NCBI GenBank assembly: GCA_963840035.1
Contig: CAWIXE010000003.1
Location: 320,001 to 384,000 of the forward strand
Direction of reading: 5' to 3'
Source: a candidate division FCPU426 bacterium
Lineage (GTDB): Bacteria; Oederibacteriota; PGYV01; Palsa-1178
DNA: 64,000 nt
In this document: piece by piece, positions 18,389-27,628 of the stretch
How positions within the stretch are numbered: position 1 is the first letter of the stretch
Layout: every line of letters starts with the position of its first letter
Translations under genes and position numbers: made by a program
Notes under the pieces: model-generated
Seen by the model: only the letters and a program-made list of their open reading frames with translations
Database searches by the model: none
Told to the model about the DNA's origin: nothing

Positions 18389-19488
18389 AGGCAAATACTA
18401 CGGCGCACATCGACAGCGTGCTTTTATACGACGTGGTGGCGCTTACCTGCATCGGCTTCCTTATGATATGGAGCGCCGGGTCGGTATATTCCATACAAAA
18501 TTACCATGACAGCCTTTACCTGGTAAAAAAACAGGTAATGTGGATGGCCTTAAGCGTGGCCGCGGCTTTTTGGTTCTTTAAGATGGACAGGGCCAGGCTG
18601 GAAAAGATGATATGGCCGGGGCTCATTATCGCAATAGTGCTTTTATTCGCCGTGCACATACCGGGTTTAAGCCATAAAGTGGGCGGGGCTAAAAGGTGGC
18701 TCCAGTTAGGGCCGCTCTCGTTCCAGCCTTTTGAGATGGTAAAGGTGTTTTACGTGCTTTACATGGCGTCGCTGTTTTCCAATGAGACTTTTGAAAAGAC
18801 CAGGAAGGTTTTCAGGGGCACGATGGTAACCGGCATAGTGTGCCTGGGGCTCATACTGCAGAAGGATCTGGGCGGCACGGTTATCATAGGGCTTTTATAT
18901 TTTGCGTTCATGATAATGGGCGGGGTAAGCCTTGTGTTCCTGGGCGGGCTGCTTGGCATGGCTGTGGCAGGCGTGGGCGTGCTTGTAAAGGCCGAACCTT
19001 ACAGGATGGCAAGGATGCTTTCATTCATGGATCCGTGGAAGGACCCGCTCGGCGTGGGTTACCAGGTGGTCCAGTCATTGATAGCGGTCGGTTCCGGCGG
19101 GCCGCTTGGCGTGGGATTTTCAAACAGCCAGCAGAAGTTCCTTTACCTGCCGGCGCTTCATACGGACTATATATTCGCCATCATCGGCGAGGAGCTGGGG
19201 CTCTGGGGCACGACGCTGGTGCTCGCGCTTTTCATAACGCTCTTAGTGCGCGGCGCGTTTATCGCGATAAACGTAAAGGATAACTTTTTGAAATACATGG
19301 CGGCGGGGCTTACATTCATGATAACGGTGCAGGCGTCAATGAACATGGCGGTGGCGCTGGGGCTCATGCCTTCAAAAGGCACGACGCTTCCGTTTATCAG
19401 CTCCGGAGGCACGGCGCTTTTATTTACGTCTGTGGCGGTGGCGCTGCTTTTGTCGGCGTCTAAGGCGGCGTACGGGAGCGGCCGGTGA
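18385..19488 (+). CDS. ftsW: SEDS glycosyltransferase FtsW
   Basis: GAKRW, FQP.E..K, Q.DLG, YR..R, GYQ..QS, YLP..HTDYIF, KG.TLPFIS.GG. Confidence 0.96.
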   Translation: MKANTTAHIDSVLLYDVVALTCIGFLMIWSAGSVYSIQNYHDSLYLVKKQVMWMALSVAAAFWFFKMDRARLEKMIWPGLIIAIVLLFAVHIPGLSHKVGGAKRWLQLGPLSFQPFEMVKVFYVLYMASLFSNETFEKTRKVFRGTMVTGIVCLGLILQKDLGGTVIIGLLYFAFMIMGGVSLVFLGGLLGMAVAGVGVLVKAEPYRMARMLSFMDPWKDPLGVGYQVVQSLIAVGSGGPLGVGFSNSQQKFLYLPALHTDYIFAIIGEELGLWGTTLVLALFITLLVRGAFIAINVKDNFLKYMAAGLTFMITVQASMNMAVALGLMPSKGTTLPFISSGGTALLFTSVAVALLLSASKAAYGSGR

Positions 19489-20576
19489 AGGTATTATTTA
19501 CCTGCGGCGGGACCGGCGGGCATATTTACCCGGCGATTGCCATGGCAGAGGCTTTGCAGGAACTCAACCGGAAAGCTGAAGTGCTCTTTGTAGGGTCCAT
19601 AAACGGAATGGAAAAAGAAATCATAGAAAGCAGGGGCTTTAAGTTCGCGGGAGTTGACGCGAGGCCTTTGATAAGGAAGTTTACAGTTAAGAACATAGTG
19701 AACGCTTTTTACATAGTAAAATCGCTCTTTGACGCGGCGCGCATAGTGAAGGACTTTGACCCTGATTTCGCGGCAGGCACCGGCGGGTTTGTTTCTTTCC
19801 CGGCCATAGAGGCTGCCTCATTCATGGGGAAAAGGACTTTGATACACGAGCCAAACATAGTGCCGGGGCTGGCAAACAGGCTGCTGGGGTTTACGGCGTC
19901 GGTTGTAACAGTTGGTTTTCCCGACACCATAAAGTATTTCCCGAAAGGCAAAACCGAAGTGACGGGAAACCCGGTAAGGGAATCCATACTGAAAAAGAGG
20001 AAAAGCCGGGCCGCAAAATACTTCGGATTAAGCGCGGCAAAGAAAACCGTGCTTGTGATGCCGGGGTCCAGGGCGGCAAAGTCAATTAATGCTGCCATGG
20101 AAAAACTGATGAGTTCGGATGATAAAGCGATAAAGCAGGCCCAGTTCATATGGATGACCGGCGGGGCCGGATTTGATGCGGCGAAAAAAGCCGCAAAGCA
20201 GCGCAAAGGCGCGAAGGTCGCGGTGCTGAAGTTCATTGACGACGCGGGGCTGGCATATTCGCTGGCAACGGCAGGGGTCTTACGGGCGGGCGCGGGGACA
20301 TTGACCGAACTTGCGGCTGTAAAGCTCCCGGCAGTATTGGTGCCTTACCCGCACGCGACAGATAACCACCAGGAAAAAAACGCCCGGGTGCTGGAGGCGA
20401 GGAAAGCGGCGCTTGTTTTAAACGACGCGGATTTAAACGAAGCGACGCTGGCTGAGGCCATAAAGAAAGTGCTGGAGCCCAAAAGGGGAGCGGCAATGAG
20501 GAAGGAACTCGGACGGATATATGAAGGCAACAGCGCGATAAGGATAATAAAAATATTAACCGGAGACAAACGATGA
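19485..20576 (+). CDS. murG: lipid I GlcNAc transferase MurG
   Basis: GGTGGHIYP, GGFVS.P, HE.N..PG.ANR, TGNPVR, RAGAGT..E, HQ.KNA. Confidence 0.97.
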   Translation: MKVLFTCGGTGGHIYPAIAMAEALQELNRKAEVLFVGSINGMEKEIIESRGFKFAGVDARPLIRKFTVKNIVNAFYIVKSLFDAARIVKDFDPDFAAGTGGFVSFPAIEAASFMGKRTLIHEPNIVPGLANRLLGFTASVVTVGFPDTIKYFPKGKTEVTGNPVRESILKKRKSRAAKYFGLSAAKKTVLVMPGSRAAKSINAAMEKLMSSDDKAIKQAQFIWMTGGAGFDAAKKAAKQRKGAKVAVLKFIDDAGLAYSLATAGVLRAGAGTLTELAAVKLPAVLVPYPHATDNHQEKNARVLEARKAALVLNDADLNEATLAEAIKKVLEPKRGAAMRKELGRIYEGNSAIRIIKILTGDKR

Positions 20577-21940
20577 TGAAAGAGGTAAAGCAGATACACT
20601 TTATAGGGATAGGCGGGTCAGGCATGAACGGCATAGCCGAGATTCTCATAAATACAGGCTATAAAGTGACGGGTTCTGACATGAAAGAATCAGAGAACAC
20701 GGGCAGGATTCGGTCCATAGGCGGGAAGATTTTCATAGGCCATAACGAGAAGAACGTAAAAGGCGCTGATGTGGTCGTGTACTCCAACGCCGTGCCTGAG
20801 ACAAACCCTGAAATAGTCAAAGCCAGGAAGATGAAGGTGCCCGTCATACCCAGGGCGGTGATGTTAGACGAAGTCATGCGCTTAAAATACGGCATAGCAA
20901 TCGCGGGCTCGCACGGCAAGACCACCACGACATCCATGCTGGCCACCATATTCATGGAAGCCAAGCTTGACCCGACATACATAATCGGCGGAGTGGTGAA
21001 ATCCGGCGGCGTGCATGCCAGGGCGGGAAAAGGCAGGTATGTCATTGCCGAGGCGTGCGAGGCATTCGGCTCGTTCCTGCATTTAAACCCGGTCATCGCG
21101 GGCGTGACGAACATAGACAACGACCACATGGATTATTATAAAAAGATGGACGCTTTAAAAGAGGCGTTTGTGAATTTCGTCAACAAGGTGCCGTTTTACG
21201 GCGCGGCTTACTTAAACGGCGACGACGCGAACATAAAGTCCATAAAGAGCGAGATATTTGCCAGGTCCATTTACTACGGCTTTGACACGACAAACGACAT
21301 ATACGCCAAGAAGATACATTTTAAGGGGTTCACGCAGGGATTTACAGTCGTGTATCACGGAAAAAACCTCGGGGTTTTTGAACTCAACATCCCGGGAAAA
21401 CATAACATCCAGAATTCCCTGATGGCCATTGCCATTGCCATAGACACCGGGATTTCGCCGGCGACAGTAAAAAAAGGCCTTAAGAAATTTAAGAACGTAA
21501 AAAGGCGCTTCAATATATTTAAAATGAAGAACTTTAACGTTGTGGATGATTACGCGCACCACCCCATGGAAGTCACAAAAGTAATGGAAACCGGCAAGGA
21601 CATGGCGAAAAAAGGGAGGGTAATAGCGGTTTTTCAGCCGCACCTTTTCTCCAGGACACAGCAGCTTTTCAGGGAATTTGGCAAGGCGCTGGCAATAGCG
21701 GATATGGTCATAATCGACAAGATATACCCGGCAAGGGAAGCGCCGATAGTGGGCGTGACATCGAACTTAATAGCGGACTCCATGAAGCAGGACGGATATA
21801 AGAATGTGTTTGTTGAGACCGAGTGGGGCTCTATATCGGAGCGCTTAAGGAAAACAGTTAAAAAAGGCGACCTGGTATTTTTAATGGGCGCGGGAAACAT
21901 TTATGAGCTCAGGAATGAAATAGAAAAGTGGGCCAAGTGA
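20573..21940 (+). CDS. murC: UDP-MurNAc:L-Ala ligase MurC
   Basis: HFIGIGGSGM, GSHGKTTTT, TNIDNDH.D, DDYAHHP.E, FQPH.FSRT. Confidence 0.98.
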   Translation: MMKEVKQIHFIGIGGSGMNGIAEILINTGYKVTGSDMKESENTGRIRSIGGKIFIGHNEKNVKGADVVVYSNAVPETNPEIVKARKMKVPVIPRAVMLDEVMRLKYGIAIAGSHGKTTTTSMLATIFMEAKLDPTYIIGGVVKSGGVHARAGKGRYVIAEACEAFGSFLHLNPVIAGVTNIDNDHMDYYKKMDALKEAFVNFVNKVPFYGAAYLNGDDANIKSIKSEIFARSIYYGFDTTNDIYAKKIHFKGFTQGFTVVYHGKNLGVFELNIPGKHNIQNSLMAIAIAIDTGISPATVKKGLKKFKNVKRRFNIFKMKNFNVVDDYAHHPMEVTKVMETGKDMAKKGRVIAVFQPHLFSRTQQLFREFGKALAIADMVIIDKIYPAREAPIVGVTSNLIADSMKQDGYKNVFVETEWGSISERLRKTVKKGDLVFLMGAGNIYELRNEIEKWAK

Positions 21941-22839
21941 GCGGATTTTACAGTGACTTAAAAGCCGCGGGCATTAAATATATAAAGGATTTTTCGCTCA
22001 AGGAAAAAGCGAATTTTAGGATAGGCGGAAAAGCCGAATGTTATTTGAAAGCGGAAAACACAGTGGCGCTGGCCGGCGTGGTAAAGGCTGCCGGGGCCGC
22101 GAAAAAAGAGATGTTCGTGATGGGCAACCTTACAAATGTGCTTATAAGCGACGGAAAACTCAAAAAGGTTTTCATAGAGCTTAAAGGCGACTTCACAGCG
22201 GTGCGCAGTGAAGGCGTTGTGAGGGTTTTTGCCGGGGCAGGAGCGAAGATGAACGCGGTATTGGGTTTCCTTATAAGGAAGGGTTTAAAGGGAATGGAGT
22301 TCATGGCCGGCATACCGGGCACAGTGGGCGGAGCCGTTTACATGAACGCGGGCGCCTTTGGAAAATCAATAAGCCCGCTTATTACAAGGGTATATTACAT
22401 GGATAAAAAAGGAAAGTGCGGGGTATTAACGGACATAAAAAAGGGCTTCTCATACAGGCACTCGGTATTTCAGGAAAACGGCTTCATAATAACAGGCGCG
22501 GAATTTAAGCTAAAAAAAGGAAAACCCGCGGAGATTAAAAAAGAAATGGCTGAAATCATAAAACAAAGGCACGCGAAGCACCCGTGGAAAGCGTACTGCG
22601 CGGGAAGCTTCTTTAAGAACGGAAAGGATTACACAGCCGGCAAGCTCATAGAACAGGCCGGGTTTAAGGGCAGGAAAGTCGGAGGAGCGAAGATATCCGA
22701 GATGCATGGCAATTTTTTGATAAACGATACAGGAAAAGCCAGCTGTAAAGATGTCATGAAGCTGGCTGCGATAGTAAAGAAGGAAGTGTATAAGAAGTTT
22801 AAAGTAAGGCTGGAAGAGGAAGTCAGGGTTATCAAGTAG
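21928..22839 (+). CDS. murB: UDP-N-acetylenolpyruvoylglucosamine reductase MurB
   Basis: FRIGG.A, GMEF.AGIPGTVGGA.YMNAGAFG, FSYR.S.F, AGSFFKN, H.NF.IN, LE.EV. Confidence 0.96.
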   Translation: MGQVSGFYSDLKAAGIKYIKDFSLKEKANFRIGGKAECYLKAENTVALAGVVKAAGAAKKEMFVMGNLTNVLISDGKLKKVFIELKGDFTAVRSEGVVRVFAGAGAKMNAVLGFLIRKGLKGMEFMAGIPGTVGGAVYMNAGAFGKSISPLITRVYYMDKKGKCGVLTDIKKGFSYRHSVFQENGFIITGAEFKLKKGKPAEIKKEMAEIIKQRHAKHPWKAYCAGSFFKNGKDYTAGKLIEQAGFKGRKVGGAKISEMHGNFLINDTGKASCKDVMKLAAIVKKEVYKKFKVRLEEEVRVIK

Positions 22840-23043
22840 AGAGCCGGCTTGCTGGCTCTCCACGTTTGAGAGGGAGCAAGCCCCCTCTCTACGGAGGAAT
22901 GTGGAAATCGGTAGCCGCAGCCTTTAGGCTGCGTAAGGAAGGATTTAGATCTCGTAGGGGCGAGTCGGTGACTCGCCCGCAGCGAGGGGCGTATAAGGCG
23001 GCCTTAAGATCTAAGGCCGGGCGAGCCACCGGCTCGCCCCTAC
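22836..23043. repeat. composite REP cluster: family-C REPIN (22836-22892), family-D REP (22911-22933), family-A REPIN (22954-23043)
   Basis: Same motifs as the 15639 cluster and 8390. Confidence 0.9.
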
Positions 23044-23111
23044 GAAGGCAAGGCTTTGTAATTAAAAATTAGAAATAAGAAATTAGAAATCATAACAAGG
23101 AGAACCAGACC

Positions 23112-24023
23112 ATGGCAAAGATTAAGAAACCGCGTATCGGCGTTATCATGGGCGGGATTTCGTCGGAGAGGGAAGTTTCCCTTAATTCCGGCAGGGCCAT
23201 TGTAAAAGCATTATCAGAACACGGCGAGAATGTTGTTGCCATAGACTTAGACAGCCGTTCCATGGATAAAATACTTGCGGCAAAAATAGACGTGGCTGTC
23301 ATAGCCCTTCACGGCACATACGGCGAGGACGGCGTCATACAGGGCATGCTTGAGTTTCTCGGCATTCCTTATACGGGAAGCGGCGTTATGGCCTCCGCGG
23401 TCGGTATGAACAAGGTCATGACAAAACAGATTGCGGCTTTTAACGGAGTGGATACGGCAAAGTGGCAGGTGCTCGATACCATAGCGGATTTAAAGAAACT
23501 GAAGATGAAATACCCGTATGTTTTTAAGCCTGAAGAGGAAGGTTCTTCCGTAGGGGTATATATAATAAAGAATAAAAAAGAGGCTTTTAAATATTTTCCG
23601 AAATCAAGGAAATACGGAAGGGTTATAGCTGAGGAATACATAAAAGGCACTGAAATAGCCGTGCCTGTATTATTTGGCGAAGTCCTTCCTATTATAGAGA
23701 TAGTGCCCGCGAATGAATTCTATGATTATGAGTCAAAATATACCGTAGGCATGTCAGAGCACATAATACCGGCCAGGATAACAGCCGCGGAGGAAAAAAG
23801 GGCTGAAAAGACCGCCCTTATGGTATATAACGCCTTAAATTGCAGGGACTATACGAGGGTGGACCTCATAGTAAGGAAAGGCAAGGCGTATCTCATAGAG
23901 GTAAATACGCTGCCTGGTATGACTGACTTAAGCCTTTTTCCGGATTCGGCGAAAAAGGCCGGGATCGGATTTTATGAACTGATAATGATGTTTGTGAAGG
24001 CCGCGTTAGCACGCGGCAAATAA
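23112..24023 (+). CDS. ddl: D-alanine--D-alanine ligase
   Basis: GGISSEREVSL.SG, LHGTYGEDG, PYTGSG, EGSSVG, FYDYESKY, EVNTLPGMT..SLFP. Confidence 0.97.
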   Translation: MAKIKKPRIGVIMGGISSEREVSLNSGRAIVKALSEHGENVVAIDLDSRSMDKILAAKIDVAVIALHGTYGEDGVIQGMLEFLGIPYTGSGVMASAVGMNKVMTKQIAAFNGVDTAKWQVLDTIADLKKLKMKYPYVFKPEEEGSSVGVYIIKNKKEAFKYFPKSRKYGRVIAEEYIKGTEIAVPVLFGEVLPIIEIVPANEFYDYESKYTVGMSEHIIPARITAAEEKRAEKTALMVYNALNCRDYTRVDLIVRKGKAYLIEVNTLPGMTDLSLFPDSAKKAGIGFYELIMMFVKAALARGK

Positions 24024-24030
24024 GTTCTTT

Positions 24031-24245
24031 GTAGAGACGCAGACTTGCCGCGTCTCAGACGCTGAAAGGCGAGACACAGCAAGCTGTGTCTCTACGAATA
24101 ACAAAAGCAAGGCGGTTTGTTGTCGTAGGGGCGAGTCGGTGACTCGCCCGCAGCGAGGGACGTATAAGGCGGCCTTAAGATCTAAGGCCGGGCGAGCCAC
24201 ACGTTTTCGCTGAAGCTTCAACGTGCAAGGCCGGCTCGCCCCTAC
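24031..24245. repeat. family-B REPIN (24031-24095, RAYT-flank type) followed by family-A REPIN with 31-nt insert (24125-24245)
   Basis: GTAGAGACGCAGACTTGCCGCGTCTC...GAGACACAGCAAGCTGTGTCTCTAC; then the family-A pair. Confidence 0.9.
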
Positions 24246-24287
24246 GAAAGCAAGTACGGTAAATAGAAATTAAAAACAGGAGCGCAA

Positions 24288-24896
24288 ATGTACGGAAAAC
24301 AGAAATTCGGCGGGTTTGTCGAAAAGCGGTCCAGAGTTGCTACGGTTGGCGCGCAGGCTAAGGGATTGGGGTCTGCCCTTAAAAAGCTTATGCTCATGGC
24401 CATGCTTCTTGTGGTCTTCGGGGCTTCCGTGAATTTTCTGGCAAGGTATGCCGCCGAGAGGATACAGGACATGAAGATGCCGGCGCTGCCTTCATTTAAC
24501 CTCTTTGGCAGGCCCGTGTACCTCATAAACCAGGGCAATCTGTACGTGATGTACTCGGACATGAAGACAAAGATGGCGGATTCAAACATAGACAGGCATT
24601 ACCTGCCTTACATCTCAGGCGTCGCCCAGCAGGAAAAAAGGCCTGAATACATAAAGGCGCTAAAGCAGGCCGTGGCTGTCAAAGCGGAATACTTAACGCG
24701 CATATCAGAGGTTAGCCTGCGCAACCCTTCCTCCATAATATTCATACATGAGGACGGCGGCATCATAGAGTTTGGAGATTCCATAACAGCTGAAAAGCTG
24801 GATAAATATATGGTAGCCCTGAAAACATACAAGGAACTCGGCAGGAAGTTTAAAAAAATGGATTTAAGGTTTGACGGCAGGGTTATCTTAAACTGA
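24288..24896 (+). CDS. ftsQ: FtsQ/DivIB-like cell division protein (short, divergent)
   Basis: Between ddl and ftsA; one TM; LP.ISG and C-terminal DLRF...VI motifs. Confidence 0.7.
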   Translation: MYGKQKFGGFVEKRSRVATVGAQAKGLGSALKKLMLMAMLLVVFGASVNFLARYAAERIQDMKMPALPSFNLFGRPVYLINQGNLYVMYSDMKTKMADSNIDRHYLPYISGVAQQEKRPEYIKALKQAVAVKAEYLTRISEVSLRNPSSIIFIHEDGGIIEFGDSITAEKLDKYMVALKTYKELGRKFKKMDLRFDGRVILN

Positions 24897-24913
24897 AAAA
24901 GGAGAAACAACAC

Positions 24914-26161
24914 ATGCAGCACGGAGAATCGGAAATCGTCGCGGCAGTCGACATCGGGACAACAAAGGTATGCACGGTCATAGCTGAGGTAATAAATGAC
25001 GAGATAAACGTCATAGGCGTGGGGTGGCAGGAAAACAGCGGGGTCTCAAAGGGCTCCATTAACAACATTGCCGAAACTACCGAGGCCATCAGGAAGTCCG
25101 TGGGCAAGGCCGAGGAAATGGCAAAAGTGAAAGTGACGGGCGTGCTCGCCTCGATATCGGGCAAGCACATATCCGGGATAAAGGGCCACGGCGAAACAGC
25201 GCTTTCCCACCAGAAGCAGAAAGAAATAAACGAGGATGACAAGTCGCGCGCCATGGACGGCGCGACAAGCATAAGGATGTCGCAGGACAGGGAACGCCTC
25301 CATGTGGTGCCCATACAGTACATAGTCGACTCACAGGACGAGATAGAGGACCCGCTCGGCATGACAGGCATGAAACTTGAAGTGGACGCGTACGTGGTGA
25401 CGGGCTCGCTGACAGCCATAGACAATGTAAAAAAAGTCATAGAAAAAGCCGGGCTGCATGTGGCGGACATAATACTTCAGGGAATGGCTTCGGCCAACTC
25501 GGTGCTTTACCCTGATGAAAAAGACGTGGGAGTGCTGCTTTTGGACATCGGCGGCGGCACCACTGACATGGCGCTTTATTACAGGAAGTCGCTCAGGTTT
25601 GTCAGGGTCATACCCGTGGGCGGGCAGTATATAACAAACGACATCGTTCAGGGGCTCCAGACGCCCAAGGCAACGGCCGAAGAACTAAAGAAAAAATACG
25701 GCCTGCTGGAAAGCGAAGGCCAGGCCGACGGCATGTCCATGACCGAGGAATGGATAGACGTGCCTGATATGGGAAGCTCAAAAGTGGAAAAAGTGGAGAG
25801 AAAAGCACTTTCCAAGTTCGTCAAGCCGCGCGTCCAGGAGCTCATCAGGTTCGTGGAAGAGGAGCTTAAAAAAGAGGGCATAGACAAGAACATGTATGCC
25901 GGCGGCATAGTGTTAACGGGCGGCACTTCATTATTAAAGGGTATAGACGGTCTCTTCAAAGAAGAGCTTGGCATGAGGGTGAGGATAGGCGCGCCGCTTA
26001 AGGAAAAAGTGGTGGGGCTCTACGACATAGTCAGCACGCCCGAGTACGCGACAGTCATCGGGCTCATTGAGTACTACATAAGGGAACAGGGAAGAAATAA
26101 TTCATTCTCTATCCCACAAACCCGGGGTCTTAGACGGGCTGTGGGCTTTCATAAAAAATAA
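24914..26161 (+). CDS. ftsA: cell division protein FtsA (true end probably 26180 via a +1 shift)
   Basis: DIGTTKV, P.GM.G..LE, DIGGGTTD, GG.YIT.DI, AE.LKK.YG, GIVLTGG. Confidence 0.96.
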   Translation: MQHGESEIVAAVDIGTTKVCTVIAEVINDEINVIGVGWQENSGVSKGSINNIAETTEAIRKSVGKAEEMAKVKVTGVLASISGKHISGIKGHGETALSHQKQKEINEDDKSRAMDGATSIRMSQDRERLHVVPIQYIVDSQDEIEDPLGMTGMKLEVDAYVVTGSLTAIDNVKKVIEKAGLHVADIILQGMASANSVLYPDEKDVGVLLLDIGGGTTDMALYYRKSLRFVRVIPVGGQYITNDIVQGLQTPKATAEELKKKYGLLESEGQADGMSMTEEWIDVPDMGSSKVEKVERKALSKFVKPRVQELIRFVEEELKKEGIDKNMYAGGIVLTGGTSLLKGIDGLFKEELGMRVRIGAPLKEKVVGLYDIVSTPEYATVIGLIEYYIREQGRNNSFSIPQTRGLRRAVGFHKK

Positions 26162-26190
26162 TATTTTAGATAAAATTTAGGAGGTGGGGC

Positions 26191-27321
26191 ATGGAAGAAT
26201 TAGAAGGAAAACTGAAATTTGAATACGCGGAAATGGAAGCGGACGAGACGACGGGGATCAAGATAAAGGTAATAGGCGTCGGAGGCTGCGGCTGCAACAT
26301 CATTAACGACATGTCAGAGGCGGGATTATCCGACGCTGATTTAATCGCCGCCAACACCGACATGCAGTCCCTCCAGAGGGTCTTAGCCGGCGAAAAGATA
26401 CAGATAGGAAACAAGCTCACCAAAGGCGGCGGCGCCGGTTCAAACCCTGAAAAGGGCGAAAAAGCGGCTGAAGAGGACAGGGACCTGCTCGAGTCCAAAC
26501 TGCGCGGCACTGACATGCTTTTCATCACCTGCGGATTGGGCGGAGGCACCGGCTCGGGAGCGGCTCCGGTAATCGCCGACATTGCCAGGGGCCTGGATAT
26601 CCTGACAGTGGGCGTGGTCATAACGCCGACCAAGATGGAAATGGACAACCCCAGGAAGAGGAAAATAGTGGAAGAGTCCATGGCGCGCTTAAAGGACAAA
26701 GTAAACTCCATCATCACTATATCAAATGAGAAGATATTTGAAGTATGCGAACTGGCCACCACCATACCGCAGGCGTACAAGGAAGCCAACAAGGTCTTAA
26801 TCGACATTGTAAACGGCATTGTGGCCATGATAGCAAAGCCGGGGCTGCAGAACATAGATTTTGAGGATGTTAAGGCGACCCTAAAGCAGAAGGGCGACAC
26901 TTACCTGGGAATAGGCAGGGCCAGCGGCACTGACAAGGCAAAGAAGGCGTTTGAGCGCGCGTTAAAGAACCCGTTCATCGGCGACGTGGAGTTAAACGGC
27001 GCCAAGGAAATGCTCATCAACTTTGTTGGCAATATAACAGTCGCGGAGCTCAAAGAAATAGACAACATAAAGAAAATGACGGGCAAGGACGCTTCGCTTA
27101 AGTACGGCGTGGTATGCGATGATTCCATGGGCGATGAGATTGAAGTGGTCATCCTCATATCCGGGATAAAGGACGGGGCCACGTCTGTAGGAGTTATGCC
27201 TGATTTCGCCGCGGAGAAAAAAGTTGAGCACGTCACCACCATGATAGGCAACAGCGTAAGGACGCTGGTGGAAAATAATTATGAGAACGTTGAAATACCT
27301 ACGTTCCAAAGGTTGTCGTAA
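26191..27321 (+). CDS. ftsZ: cell division protein FtsZ
   Basis: IKVIGVGG, NTD.Q.L, GAGSNP, GLGGGTGSGAAP, N.DF.DV, C-terminal EIPTF.R. Confidence 0.96.
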   Translation: MEELEGKLKFEYAEMEADETTGIKIKVIGVGGCGCNIINDMSEAGLSDADLIAANTDMQSLQRVLAGEKIQIGNKLTKGGGAGSNPEKGEKAAEEDRDLLESKLRGTDMLFITCGLGGGTGSGAAPVIADIARGLDILTVGVVITPTKMEMDNPRKRKIVEESMARLKDKVNSIITISNEKIFEVCELATTIPQAYKEANKVLIDIVNGIVAMIAKPGLQNIDFEDVKATLKQKGDTYLGIGRASGTDKAKKAFERALKNPFIGDVELNGAKEMLINFVGNITVAELKEIDNIKKMTGKDASLKYGVVCDDSMGDEIEVVILISGIKDGATSVGVMPDFAAEKKVEHVTTMIGNSVRTLVENNYENVEIPTFQRLS

Positions 27322-27388
27322 GGATTACAGGGTTTAATTACTAATTACCAATGACTAATTACAAATTAAGGAATGATGTGTTTGTTTG

Positions 27389-27521
27389 GTAGCCGCAGCC
27401 TTCAGGCTGCGTAAGGCAGGGTTTAGATCCCGTAGGGGCGAGTCGGTGACTCGCCCGTAGCGAGGGAAGTTAAGGCCGGCCTTAAGGACTAAGGCCGGGC
27501 GAGCCACCGGCTCGCCCCTAC
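27389..27521. repeat. family-D REP (27389-27411) plus family-A REPIN (27432-27521)
   Basis: Same D-then-A order and similar linker as 22911-23043. Confidence 0.9.
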
Positions 27522-27628
27522 GAAAACAGGACGAAGACAGGACAACGAAAAATACAAAGGCGGTTTATTTGAAGAATACGGCGTGGAACATAAAAGGACT
27601 TTTGATGCGGGACAGAGGGTGTGTCGGG

